Shown here in pieces: positions 37,196 to 46,962 of a stretch of DNA of 64,000 bases. The notes under the pieces were generated by a model, which searched no databases, was not told the DNA's origin, and saw nothing but the letters and a program-made list of their open reading frames with translations. Location of the stretch: positions 1 to 64,000 of IMG/VR virus record IMGVR_UViG_3300028844_005756, one strand, 5' to 3'. A program made the translations under genes and the position numbers. The stretch is from a virus. Numbering within the stretch: position 1 is the first letter of the stretch; each line of letters starts with the position of its first letter.

Positions 37196-38731
37196 ATGAC
37201 CCCTACAGCAGAACAACAAGCAATCCTAAATGGCTTCAACACTGTAGAAGGCAACATCAAAGTTCTTGCTCTTGCAGGAACAGGTAAGACCTCCACACTC
37301 TTGGAATTGGTACAGCAGAATCCAACCCAAACTTTCCTCTACATTGCTTTCAATCGTGACGTTAAGGAAGAAGTTGAGCGCAAAGCCCGTGCCAAAGGCA
37401 TGAGCAACCTCAAAGTCAAGACTCAAAATGGTTTTGCTCTTGAGCTTGCAAGAGGTGCAGGTCTTAACTGCAACAACATCAAAGGCTACATGTCCGTCAA
37501 GGATATCATCGCCCGCCTCAACTTGACTGGCAATGACAAGTTCCTTGCATACCATGCATTTCAAGTCATGACACGTTTCATGGTTTCCCGTGATACCACA
37601 ATTGCTATGAAGCATGTACCCAAGGATGTTGAAGAAAAAATCTACAACAACATCCGCCGCTACACCAACATGACTGAAGATAAAATTCTTCAAGAAACCG
37701 ATAAGCGCAAAAAACGTGCAGTACAAATTGCACAACGTCTGTTCTCTTCTTTTGACTTCAACAGTGACGTTATGCTGCATGATGTATACGTCAAGTTGGT
37801 TCAAATGCACTACAATGAAATCCCTGTTACAGAAGACGTTGTTCTTTCTGATGAATCACAAGATGTAAATCCAGTATTCTCGGATATTATCTCCCGTGTA
37901 ACTGCCCGTGTGATTGCTGTAGGTGACAACAACCAAGCAATTTACCAGTTCCGTGGTGCAGCAGACTACCTGAAAGAAATGCCTTCAGAAGCTACATACA
38001 CTCTGACACAATCATTCCGCTTCTTGCCAGAGATTGCAGACAAGGCAAATGAATTGCTGCAGCATATGACAGACCTGCGCATCAAAGGTTTTGAAGGTGT
38101 GGAAGAAGAGAATACTTCCGCTGTACTGTGCCGCACCAATATGGGTTGTTTGACAGAAGCAATCTCAATGTTGGATCAAGGTGTTTCATTTTCTCTTGAA
38201 GGTGGAGTTGACAACGAAGGATTCCGCATGATTGAGGATTTGGTTTCTCTTTCAGATGGCAGAACATACGATGTACGACATCCTGACCTCAAAGGATTGC
38301 GCTCAATTGAAGAATTCAACAAAGAGTTGGAAGAGGATTTGCTAAATAGAGAGTGGAAAACTTCCTTGCGTGTAATTGACAAGATGGGAGGTTTTGACAA
38401 TGCATTAAACATCATTCAGCAAATCAAAGATTCTCAGCGCAAAGTTCCTGCTGATGCTGTAGTCATCACCACTATGCACAAATCAAAAGGTAAAGAGTGG
38501 AATAGTGTGCGCATTGCTGATGATGCAGAAATGGTATTCTACAAGTCTGATGTTGATGCAATGGGCAGAAGAACAAGAGTTGCCATTGAATTCAAAGATG
38601 CTCCTGTGATGGAGAAAAACCTCTTCTATGTTGCAGTTACCCGAGCAAAAAGAAACTTGGAACTCGGACTTTCTCAGCGATTGTTCTATGTTGAGAAGTC
38701 CGCAAATACAGTTATTCCAGAAGCCGCATAA
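37196..38731 (+). CDS. UvrD-like SF1 helicase
   Basis: ALAGTGKT, AFN, DESQD, VGD..QAIYQFRGA, LTQSFRF, TMHKSKGKEW, YVAVTRAK. Confidence 0.92.
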   Translation: MTPTAEQQAILNGFNTVEGNIKVLALAGTGKTSTLLELVQQNPTQTFLYIAFNRDVKEEVERKARAKGMSNLKVKTQNGFALELARGAGLNCNNIKGYMSVKDIIARLNLTGNDKFLAYHAFQVMTRFMVSRDTTIAMKHVPKDVEEKIYNNIRRYTNMTEDKILQETDKRKKRAVQIAQRLFSSFDFNSDVMLHDVYVKLVQMHYNEIPVTEDVVLSDESQDVNPVFSDIISRVTARVIAVGDNNQAIYQFRGAADYLKEMPSEATYTLTQSFRFLPEIADKANELLQHMTDLRIKGFEGVEEENTSAVLCRTNMGCLTEAISMLDQGVSFSLEGGVDNEGFRMIEDLVSLSDGRTYDVRHPDLKGLRSIEEFNKELEEDLLNREWKTSLRVIDKMGGFDNALNIIQQIKDSQRKVPADAVVITTMHKSKGKEWNSVRIADDAEMVFYKSDVDAMGRRTRVAIEFKDAPVMEKNLFYVAVTRAKRNLELGLSQRLFYVEKSANTVIPEAA

Positions 38732-38789
38732 TTTATTGGTAATAATATGATAAATATAAAGAAATATAAAACTTATTCAGAGAAAATAA

Positions 38790-39284
38790 ATGAAAAAATT
38801 TCTAGCGGCACTTGCTTGTGGTGCGTTCATAATTGCCAGCACAGTGCCCGTTCAAGCAGACCCTCTTTTATTTGGTAAAGAACTTCCTCCTCCTCAACAA
38901 CAGGTAGTTCCAAAAGGAGTACAACCAAATGTAGATTATCCTACGGTAATGATTGGTCAATTCATGTCATTCTGTATTAATATGATTATGATGAAATTAT
39001 CCAGCGAAGGTGTACCAAGAAATATAGCTGCGGAAAATGCTGGATATGTATGTTCTTGTATTATGGATAGTTATCGTGAAGAAAATCAGCAAGCTGAATT
39101 TCAATTTGAATTAACAAGAAAAAATGAAGGTGATGTTCCATTGTTTAAAAAACATTATACTAACTGTAGTTTATTGAATGCTGAACGAACTGGAAATATG
39201 AACATTAACCCAAGAAAAAGCATTTGGGTTAATCAACTTAACAAACCAGAAAATATTTTAATAAATTTTAAAGAGAAAAAATGA
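38790..39284 (+). CDS. exported Cys-containing hypothetical protein
   Basis: Signal peptide VQA|D; C...CSC...C. Confidence 0.65.
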   Translation: MKKFLAALACGAFIIASTVPVQADPLLFGKELPPPQQQVVPKGVQPNVDYPTVMIGQFMSFCINMIMMKLSSEGVPRNIAAENAGYVCSCIMDSYREENQQAEFQFELTRKNEGDVPLFKKHYTNCSLLNAERTGNMNINPRKSIWVNQLNKPENILINFKEKK

Positions 39285-39853
39285 GTCGTTTAACATTTCC
39301 AACTGTTTTTGCTAAAGAGCAAAATACATATTTTATTAAAGATAGAATGAGAATGTATTTGTTTGACCACACATCGCAATACATATTTCAACTTTCTTTT
39401 GTGTTAGGAGAAATAACTTCTACTGGTCTAGACAAGTATGTTTATGAAAAATATTCTGCAAGAGAAAAATTACAAGTTTTTTCAAACGAAGAAATAGTTT
39501 TTTCAAGAAGAACATATACTGATTCCAATGGTGACACCGTAAATCAGGTTGGTACTGATGGTTATACCTTTTTAAATGATCAACTATTGTATGATGCACA
39601 ATTAGGATATGATGCTTTTAACATTAATAAGGATTTAATTACAGTATCTGCTGGCGGTACATATTCTACATATCCAGAACAATTGGCAGCATCAAAATAT
39701 ATAATGAGAGACAAAGAATGGATAACTAAATTTGCACAAAAACACTTTTTATTAATATTTAAAGCTAATAATCTAAATCAGACACCAAAAGTTTTATACG
39801 GATTTCGTATGAGAGATTTGCGTGACCATCCATATGATAAATTTAAATATTGA
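39281..39853 (+). CDS. hypothetical protein
   Basis: ATGA-coupled ORF. Confidence 0.65.
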   Translation: MSRLTFPTVFAKEQNTYFIKDRMRMYLFDHTSQYIFQLSFVLGEITSTGLDKYVYEKYSAREKLQVFSNEEIVFSRRTYTDSNGDTVNQVGTDGYTFLNDQLLYDAQLGYDAFNINKDLITVSAGGTYSTYPEQLAASKYIMRDKEWITKFAQKHFLLIFKANNLNQTPKVLYGFRMRDLRDHPYDKFKY

Positions 39854-39888
39854 TTAAAAGATTTTTATAATATGAAAGAGATGTTTTT

Positions 39889-40197
39889 ATGAAAGTAGAG
39901 AAACTTAAAGAATTAGTTTTTGAAGTTGCGAACTGTGAAGAAAATAATAAAAATGGTGGTGTTGGTGGATTATATATATTATTTTCTATGTGGAGAGAAG
40001 ATAGCACATGGTCTTTTGTGCAGTCATACATTACCAAAGAGGGAGTTCACCATATGACCAGAACAATCTCTCAAGAATTGTTGGATAGGCAATATCTTAA
40101 ATTAACTTATGTAAATGGAAATACAAATGAAGTTAATATATTATTGAATACAAAAGAATATTATTATATGGAGTCTGAAGATGAAAAAGAAAGTTGA
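39889..40197 (+). CDS. hypothetical protein
   Basis: Tiled ORF. Confidence 0.55.
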   Translation: MKVEKLKELVFEVANCEENNKNGGVGGLYILFSMWREDSTWSFVQSYITKEGVHHMTRTISQELLDRQYLKLTYVNGNTNEVNILLNTKEYYYMESEDEKES

Positions 40198-40396
40198 GTT
40201 AGATTTTGATATGCCAGAATGGGCAAAATATCATGCTGTTGATGAGAATGGTGATTTTTGTGTTTTTGATGAAAAACCTTTTCTAGTTGATAACATTGTA
40301 GGTGAAGGGATTTTTGAAACAAAAACTAATTTTATGATTTTAGCAAAAAATTGTGTAGTTGATAATTGGAAAGCCTCATTAACTCCTCTTGATTAA
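40181..40396 (+). CDS. hypothetical phage protein
   Basis: PEWAKY.AVDENG...KP...NWKASL. Confidence 0.6.
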   Translation: MKKKVELDFDMPEWAKYHAVDENGDFCVFDEKPFLVDNIVGEGIFETKTNFMILAKNCVVDNWKASLTPLD

Positions 40397-40410
40397 AAAA
40401 AAGGTTTATT

Positions 40411-41487
40411 ATGAAAAAAAGGCGAAAACACTCTATCATTTCAATGGAACCCCATTCTGTTGAACAACTTTCTGAATTTGATATAGCCAGATATTATAAT
40501 TATTATCGTATTAATTATACAGAAAAAGATGCTAGAAATTTTTTATGTGAATTTGTCAAATCAACAAAGAAGCAAGCAATAATTAATAGTCAATCATATA
40601 TTCCATTGGCATATGGATGGTTGGCTAGAATTATTACAAATGGCAATAAAGTTCCTGTTGAGTATGTTGATAAACTCAATCATTATATTGAGAGTATTAA
40701 ACTACAAAAGAGAAAGGTTGAAAAGCCCACACTTCTACCAACAATTTCTGCAGAAAGGAAAAATAAAAATAAAGAAAATGATGCATATTCTTTTTTAGAA
40801 ACACTGATAGATAAATTATACGACACAAAGGGTAAACACACTATAAGTGCCGAATCTACTATTTTAATGTATGGTTTAAGTAAATCAAATACACAAGTTT
40901 TAGCTGAAAATTTAGAACAAGATCATCTAAGAGATTTGCGAAATATTCCAAACGATGAAGATCTTCAAGAAGGTTATTCTTTTCTTACTAAAAGACAATT
41001 AAACATAATTTTTAAAAATCTAAAGCAAGTAAAAGAAGAGTTACTATCTGTTAAAAATATTGTAACTTCAGAAAATAAGAAAACACGGGCTATTAAACTT
41101 AAACCTATTTCTGAAATTATTAAAAATATAAAGTTTAAAAATGAAGTTTACGGTCTTTCTACAGTAGAAATAAAGCATCTATTAGGCAAGCGAGTTGCGT
41201 ATGTAGTGTCTGATGCGAAACGAACTATTCTGAGATTGGAGTCTAAATCTGGATTTGATGCGAGATCTTCTTTTCTTACAAATGTGGATTCTGCTGAAAA
41301 GATTATTGTATATGGTAGATATCAAGAAAGTGCTGCAATTTATTTGGCAAAAGCAAAAACTGAAAAAGACGCAAAGAATTTAAAAAAGCACATTCGGGTT
41401 CGTAGGTATGAACCTATAGAAATTAAAAACAATGAATATCGCACTACTGATAAATTCTGTGTTATTCAAAATTATTTAGATTTATGA
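40411..41487 (+). CDS. conserved T4-like hypothetical protein
   Basis: YNYY, GWLAR, DEDLQEGYSFL. Confidence 0.65.
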   Translation: MKKRRKHSIISMEPHSVEQLSEFDIARYYNYYRINYTEKDARNFLCEFVKSTKKQAIINSQSYIPLAYGWLARIITNGNKVPVEYVDKLNHYIESIKLQKRKVEKPTLLPTISAERKNKNKENDAYSFLETLIDKLYDTKGKHTISAESTILMYGLSKSNTQVLAENLEQDHLRDLRNIPNDEDLQEGYSFLTKRQLNIIFKNLKQVKEELLSVKNIVTSENKKTRAIKLKPISEIIKNIKFKNEVYGLSTVEIKHLLGKRVAYVVSDAKRTILRLESKSGFDARSSFLTNVDSAEKIIVYGRYQESAAIYLAKAKTEKDAKNLKKHIRVRRYEPIEIKNNEYRTTDKFCVIQNYLDL

Positions 41488-41497
41488 GGTAACAATT

Positions 41498-41926
41498 ATG
41501 TCTTTGAAACCAATTCCTATTATCTTTAAAGAAATATCAGATGCTAAAACACATCTAGAAAAAGTTAAAGTTTTAAAAAATAATCGCAATAGTATGGTTG
41601 ATTTACTATTGGAATTAGCATTTAGTAAAAATTTAAAAATTAATTTGCCCGATGGTGAACCACCTTATATAAAAACGGGAGAAGCAGATTTATTTAATGC
41701 TACTCTTTTATATGCTAACAGAAAGTCAATTGAATTGTTTATAAATGAAAATACAATGCATATTCCTCAAGTCAAACGTGAGCAATTATTCATAGATTTA
41801 TTAGAAAATTTGGATATCAATGAAGCAAAACTTTTATGTGAAGTTAAGGATAAAAATTTAATTTCTTATCCCGGTATTAAAAAGAAAGTTATAGAAAAAG
41901 TTTATCCCCAATGGGAACTTATTTAA
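41498..41926 (+). CDS. conserved T4-like protein (DUF6433-like)
   Basis: LPDGEPPY, KREQLFIDLLE.L...EA.LL..VKDK.L..YPGI. Confidence 0.75.
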   Translation: MSLKPIPIIFKEISDAKTHLEKVKVLKNNRNSMVDLLLELAFSKNLKINLPDGEPPYIKTGEADLFNATLLYANRKSIELFINENTMHIPQVKREQLFIDLLENLDINEAKLLCEVKDKNLISYPGIKKKVIEKVYPQWELI

Positions 41927-41927
41927 A

Positions 41928-42638
41928 ATGACTCTTTATATTGCAGCACCTTTTGGAAATTATATTAAAACAGCAAATATTAGAAGTGTGGTAGGTTCTT
42001 TTACTGTAGAAAAAAGAACTGGATTATTAAAGCAGATAGCCACTACGCTAAGATACCATGATGGTGTATGGTATAATGCAATAGGATTAAGAAATCCTGG
42101 CATAGAATATGGGTTGAGAAGATATAATGAGTCAACAGGAGATATATTATCTGTAGCCGCTATCAAATCCGGAGATTGGGAAATCTTAAACAATATTATA
42201 CCTTTTAATACAGATATTGAATTAAATTTAAGTTGTCCTAATATAGAACATTTTGATGATTATAATCAAGGCATTGATAAGTTTTTAAATGGAGATAGAA
42301 AGGTAATTGCTAAACTATCACCTTTAACAACAAAAGAAACTATTGTAAGTTTAATTAATCAAGGATTTGATAGTTTTCATTGTTGTAATACATTACCAAC
42401 AGAAAAAGGCGGTATGAGTGGAAAAGGCCTTTATGTTCATATAGAAAGATTAATAAGGATCATAAAGTACTTTAAAAAAGATGCGGATATAATAGCGGGA
42501 GGAGGTATTGAAAACATAGAAGATATAAGAAAATATAATAAATTAGGAGCAACCTCATTTTCACTCGGTACTGTATGTTTTAATTTGTTTAAACTATTTA
42601 ATGTGATAAAAGAATATAAAAAAAGTAATCTTGATTAA
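41928..42638 (+). CDS. pyrD: dihydroorotate dehydrogenase-like FMN enzyme
   Basis: N.IGL.NPG, ELNLSCPN, AKLSP, NT, GGMSG, IIAGGGI, GA. Confidence 0.8.
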   Translation: MTLYIAAPFGNYIKTANIRSVVGSFTVEKRTGLLKQIATTLRYHDGVWYNAIGLRNPGIEYGLRRYNESTGDILSVAAIKSGDWEILNNIIPFNTDIELNLSCPNIEHFDDYNQGIDKFLNGDRKVIAKLSPLTTKETIVSLINQGFDSFHCCNTLPTEKGGMSGKGLYVHIERLIRIIKYFKKDADIIAGGGIENIEDIRKYNKLGATSFSLGTVCFNLFKLFNVIKEYKKSNLD

Positions 42639-42642
42639 AAAC

Positions 42643-43383
42643 TCACCTAATTTTTCTTGCTGATTTTAATTTTTTCTTTCCTTGGCAATGTGCACGTTGG
42701 CTAAACCCCTTGGGGTTATTACAGTCAATGGACTTTTTGTATTTCTTAGTCCATTTTTCAGCAATGTCATAAAATTGTTCTCTCAGAGCTTCAGATGCTT
42801 CGCCAGTAGGGTTTACATACCAACCATAAAACTTAGCATTAGGATAATCTTTTTTCAAAGAAACAAAAGAATTTAGATTTGCTTTTGAATCATCGTACAT
42901 AATGACCTTATCGTAAGTATCCTTGTTCATCAGAGAAAGAATGATTTTTTTCTTGTTTTCCTCAATAGTTCCACCCTTCATGTTACCGGCACGGTATACA
43001 TGAACTTTTTTCATATCAATTCCGTACTTACGAAAGGTATCTAAAAATAATTCTTTATCATCAAAGTCCGCTCTGGCAGTAACCATTACAACTTTATTCC
43101 CACGATTGATATCTCTCTTCAATTGTTTCATCATAGGAATGATCGGTTTTGCATTATCAAAAAATTCTTTTGCATTGCGAAAGTTCTCAAAATCAAATTC
43201 TTCACCGTCCTTGAGTTTATAGTTGGTGAACTCATGACTGTTCAGTTCCCTTATTTTTTTCCCATCTTTCATTACTCTAACTTTTGTTGATGTGTGAACC
43301 AACGTATCGTCAATATCAAAGACAACTAAAATTTTAGTGAGTGCCTCTTGCAAATTTAAAAAGAATTGTTTAAAGTTTTTCAT
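42643..43383 (-). CDS. HAD-family enzyme with capsid-targeting-like leader
   Basis: FDIDDTL, VTARA, MYDD; C-terminal KW..KYKKSIDCNNPKGFSQRAHC module. Confidence 0.75.
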   Translation of the reverse strand: MKNFKQFFLNLQEALTKILVVFDIDDTLVHTSTKVRVMKDGKKIRELNSHEFTNYKLKDGEEFDFENFRNAKEFFDNAKPIIPMMKQLKRDINRGNKVVMVTARADFDDKELFLDTFRKYGIDMKKVHVYRAGNMKGGTIEENKKKIILSLMNKDTYDKVIMYDDSKANLNSFVSLKKDYPNAKFYGWYVNPTGEASEALREQFYDIAEKWTKKYKKSIDCNNPKGFSQRAHCQGKKKLKSARKIR

Positions 43384-45272
43384 GTAAAATTGTATACACG
43401 GTTATTTAAATGTATTGCACCTTTCGGTGTAAGTTTTCTTCTGAAAATAGTAAATGCTATGTAGTTTAATTGTTCATCTAGTTTATTCTTTCGTACTTCT
43501 TCTGTTTCTTTTTCCAAGTCTTTAAAGAATCCAGGACCTAAATCTTTGAAATAATCATTCACTATTATATCTATAACTTTTGTTTCAAATTTAGGTTCTT
43601 TACTAAAATCGGTTATTGATTTAGTAGAATTATGCATAAAGAATCCTTTGATTCCACTCGGCTCATCACTCTTCAATATCTTTTCAAATACTTCCAATTC
43701 TTTAGAATCTCCAAAATATTTTGCCATACCAGGCCAAATATCAACTGCAGCTAATTGTAGTTTCAATGGAACTTCTTTTTTAAGTTCATACCATCTATTT
43801 ACCCATCTACCTAAGTCACGGACACTTGTATTCTTTTCTTTAGCTTCCTTTAATGCGAATATAAATGAATCAACATCTAGTTTAGAGTTTTCAAGTTCCA
43901 TTAATACACGCACATGCATCGGCTCTTTTATGAATGCCCACTTATAAAAATAGTTTAGAAATTTAGCATCATCAGTATAATGATGCATTCCAACGGCAGC
44001 ATCTGGTTCCTTCTTGATTACTTCTTCTAGAACATCTTTGTCTAATTTAACATTGTAATCCTTACATGCTTTATAGAAAGTAGTCATTCTTGTATGCATT
44101 GCTACATTTCCTTTTGCATACAAAGGCCTAGTTTCTTTCATTGGATCGTATTTGTTCCTAATAATATCTTTTAAAATATAGTTAATCTTTTTTTCTTTAG
44201 AATCTAGTTTCTTATATTCAATTGCATGTGGTGTTTTATCCTCATATGTTTTATTATCAATGATATCCAATACTTTATAACCTGCTCTGGATAAAAATAC
44301 TGCTTGTACAGGCTCTGCCTCATGAATAATTCCATAACCACTTCTATCACTAATAGAATCATATCCAATATTAATCAACAAATTAGCCCATGCGTTAGCC
44401 GCTGGTTTTGCACCTTTCTTTTCATTTGGTGATGGGTCTTTCATTATTACCAAATCAAATTTAAAATCTCTAGATTCTTTTTTAATAAATTTATACGGGT
44501 CAGTTTTCATTTCTGCTGGAACTGATTCAACTTTATCTGGTAAAAAATCTTTTATTTTATCTTTTTCTGTTAAGTCTACTTCTGCATTAAAGCTAGTTGG
44601 ACCTTCAGCATCCTTTAAAGTATAAACCATATTGTATGTGTTATCCTTGTCATATTCTTTTGAAGTTGCTGTAAGTTGTTTTACTTTCCTTGCTTGTGCA
44701 ATTAATCCAGAAACTGTTCTAGTTATGTTCCAAAATTCAGCACCACGATTTTCAGCCTTTGCACCTTTCATTGAATGCTCAATAACAGACAACATCATAT
44801 AATACATTAGCTTTTCATTTTTAATATTCAATACATCCATCAATTTTTTAGAGGCATACTCAATTATTTTTCTCACATCCTTTTCTAGCATAGCTTGCTT
44901 ATAATCTCTACCAACATCATTAATATTTTTATTACCCTTTCTTTTAAGAATAGCTATTTTAGGTTTTTCTTTTACAAAAGGAACATTAAATCTTTTATAT
45001 TCTTTACCACCACTATACATTAAATAAACTTCTTCTAGAGGATATGTGTATACACCATTCGGAGTGTTGAATTTTGATTTGGTGTTCAATCCTACTTGTG
45101 CTGATAGTTCACCGCTTTTACCTGTTTCTGTAAATTCTTTTGCATTAGATATGAATGAAATAAAAATATCTGGGTCCTTCTCATATTTTAACAATGCCTC
45201 AACAGGAAATTGTTTTACATTCAATTCTGGATTTCTTCTAGCTTCTGTTAAAATAGTTGTAAATGATTTCAT
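43380..45272 (-). CDS. large putative internal virion protein
   Basis: MKSFTTILTE leader; late promoter upstream. Confidence 0.6.
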   Translation of the reverse strand: MKSFTTILTEARRNPELNVKQFPVEALLKYEKDPDIFISFISNAKEFTETGKSGELSAQVGLNTKSKFNTPNGVYTYPLEEVYLMYSGGKEYKRFNVPFVKEKPKIAILKRKGNKNINDVGRDYKQAMLEKDVRKIIEYASKKLMDVLNIKNEKLMYYMMLSVIEHSMKGAKAENRGAEFWNITRTVSGLIAQARKVKQLTATSKEYDKDNTYNMVYTLKDAEGPTSFNAEVDLTEKDKIKDFLPDKVESVPAEMKTDPYKFIKKESRDFKFDLVIMKDPSPNEKKGAKPAANAWANLLINIGYDSISDRSGYGIIHEAEPVQAVFLSRAGYKVLDIIDNKTYEDKTPHAIEYKKLDSKEKKINYILKDIIRNKYDPMKETRPLYAKGNVAMHTRMTTFYKACKDYNVKLDKDVLEEVIKKEPDAAVGMHHYTDDAKFLNYFYKWAFIKEPMHVRVLMELENSKLDVDSFIFALKEAKEKNTSVRDLGRWVNRWYELKKEVPLKLQLAAVDIWPGMAKYFGDSKELEVFEKILKSDEPSGIKGFFMHNSTKSITDFSKEPKFETKVIDIIVNDYFKDLGPGFFKDLEKETEEVRKNKLDEQLNYIAFTIFRRKLTPKGAIHLNNRVYNFT

Positions 45273-45317
45273 AATACTAAAAAGATTTTTTGATAAATAA
45301 ATGTATTGGTTATGTTA

Positions 45318-45325
45318 TATTTATA
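45318..45325 (-). promoter_or_regulatory. T4-type late promoter
   Basis: TATAAATA on the minus strand upstream of 45272. Confidence 0.55.
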
Positions 45326-45346
45326 AAATTTAAAATGGAGTATCTT

Positions 45347-45598
45347 ATGCCAAGCTATGATTATCACTGTGATACCTGCGAAAATGATTTTGAAATTTTT
45401 ATGTCAATTTCAAAAAGACATGAACCTATTAATGAAGAATGTTCAAAAAATAACTGTTCTCTTAAATTAAAAGTTTCATCACCAACTATCGGTTACGATA
45501 ATTTTTCTTTAACTGGTAAAAAACCAGATGAAGGCTTTCGGGATAAGTTAAGAGAAATGAAAAGAAACATTCCTGGAAATACAATTAATGTGGATTAA
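45347..45598 (+). CDS. FmdB-family zinc-ribbon protein
   Basis: MPSYDYHCDTC...C....C. Confidence 0.8.
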   Translation: MPSYDYHCDTCENDFEIFMSISKRHEPINEECSKNNCSLKLKVSSPTIGYDNFSLTGKKPDEGFRDKLREMKRNIPGNTINVD

Positions 45599-45605
45599 TT
45601 AAAGG

Positions 45606-45708
45606 AGGTTTCTAATAGAGAGATATTAAATAGCTCACTCGGGTTTTATATTCTGAGTGAGTGATAGCAAACCTGAGTAATTCTTGTTAAAACAATACGG
45701 AGTTACTT
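45606..45708 (+). promoter_or_regulatory. putative structured RNA leader of phoH
   Basis: Three stems with G-U pairs; the last stem pairs the GGAG SD. Confidence 0.45.
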
Positions 45709-46503
45709 ATGTCAAGAAAAAAGACACAAACTTCTAACCAAAACCGCGGATTGCAATTAAGAGAAATTGAGCCGATGACTAATGCTCAAAATTTATTATT
45801 CAATTCTTTTTATGATGGTCATCATGTAATTTCAATGGGAACGGCGGGTACAGGTAAATCTTTTTTATCTATTTTTCTTGGGTTAGAAGCAGTGTTTGAC
45901 CCACATTCTCCATACAAAAAAGTTCTCATATGTAGGTCTTGTGTGCCTTCTAGAGACATTGGTTTTTTACCAGGAACTGAAGAAGAAAAAATTTCTGTTT
46001 ATAAAAGACCATATCAATCTATTGTGCAAGAACTTTTTAAAAGAGATGACGCTTGGGAAATTCTTGAAAAGAAGGGAGTAGTGGAGTTCTGTTCTACTTC
46101 TTTTTTAAGAGGAACAACTATAGATAATACAATTATCTTTGTTGATGAAATTCAAAATTTAGCTTATAACGAAATTCATAACGTAGTCACTCGCATAGGA
46201 AAGGATTCGGCTTTAATTTTGGCAGGAGATTTTGGACAAATGGATTTAGATATGGAAGAAAGTGGGATTAAAGATTTTTTTGAAATAGCTAAAAAAACAA
46301 AAGGTTTTAAAATCGTGGTGTTTCAAGAAAAAGATATTGTCCGAAATGATTTTATTAGAGATTATATTATAGCTAAAAATCAATATGATAAAGAGAAAAA
46401 AGAAAGGATATTATACAATGGTCACAAAGTACAAAGAGAACCTTTTAATAATATTGTAGTTGCTGGTCAGCGATATTCTATAGAAGCAACCCCCGTAAAT
46501 TAA
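45709..46503 (+). CDS. phoH: PhoH-family ATPase
   Basis: GTAGTGKS, IGFLPG, FLRGTT, VDEIQN, TRIG, GD..Q.D, DIVR. Confidence 0.95.
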   Translation: MSRKKTQTSNQNRGLQLREIEPMTNAQNLLFNSFYDGHHVISMGTAGTGKSFLSIFLGLEAVFDPHSPYKKVLICRSCVPSRDIGFLPGTEEEKISVYKRPYQSIVQELFKRDDAWEILEKKGVVEFCSTSFLRGTTIDNTIIFVDEIQNLAYNEIHNVVTRIGKDSALILAGDFGQMDLDMEESGIKDFFEIAKKTKGFKIVVFQEKDIVRNDFIRDYIIAKNQYDKEKKERILYNGHKVQREPFNNIVVAGQRYSIEATPVN

Positions 46504-46556
46504 TCTAAATACACAAGGTAGGGGAATTTTAATATTCCCCCAAAACGAGAAAGTAA

Positions 46557-46961
46557 ATGCAAGAATATGAAGACATAGTAAATGATGTTTTAGATTTTTG
46601 CAAATCTAGAAAGTATACAGTAGCAGGCATAGACAAATTATTTGAACATGAAGATTTTAATATACATAATGATGAAGTTATAGCAAGAATAATGCTTTAT
46701 AACCATGCTCCATTAATGCTTGAAGTTTATAATACAAATACATTAGGATTGTTTTTTAATCTTTTTGAATGTGATCCATTTTCAGCAAGTTTATTTACTA
46801 AAGAATTTTTAGAAAAAAAAGTAGATATAATTTCTGCATTTGTTGAAATGAAAAATTCAGAAGGAAAAATAACTAAATTACTTTTTGGTGAAAAAGCAGT
46901 AGAACAATATGCAAAAGAACGTAAAACTAAATCAGAAACACCATTATTATTTTTAAATTAA
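46557..46961 (+). CDS. hypothetical protein
   Basis: Tiled ORF. Confidence 0.6.
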   Translation: MQEYEDIVNDVLDFCKSRKYTVAGIDKLFEHEDFNIHNDEVIARIMLYNHAPLMLEVYNTNTLGLFFNLFECDPFSASLFTKEFLEKKVDIISAFVEMKNSEGKITKLLFGEKAVEQYAKERKTKSETPLLFLN

Positions 46962-46962
46962 A

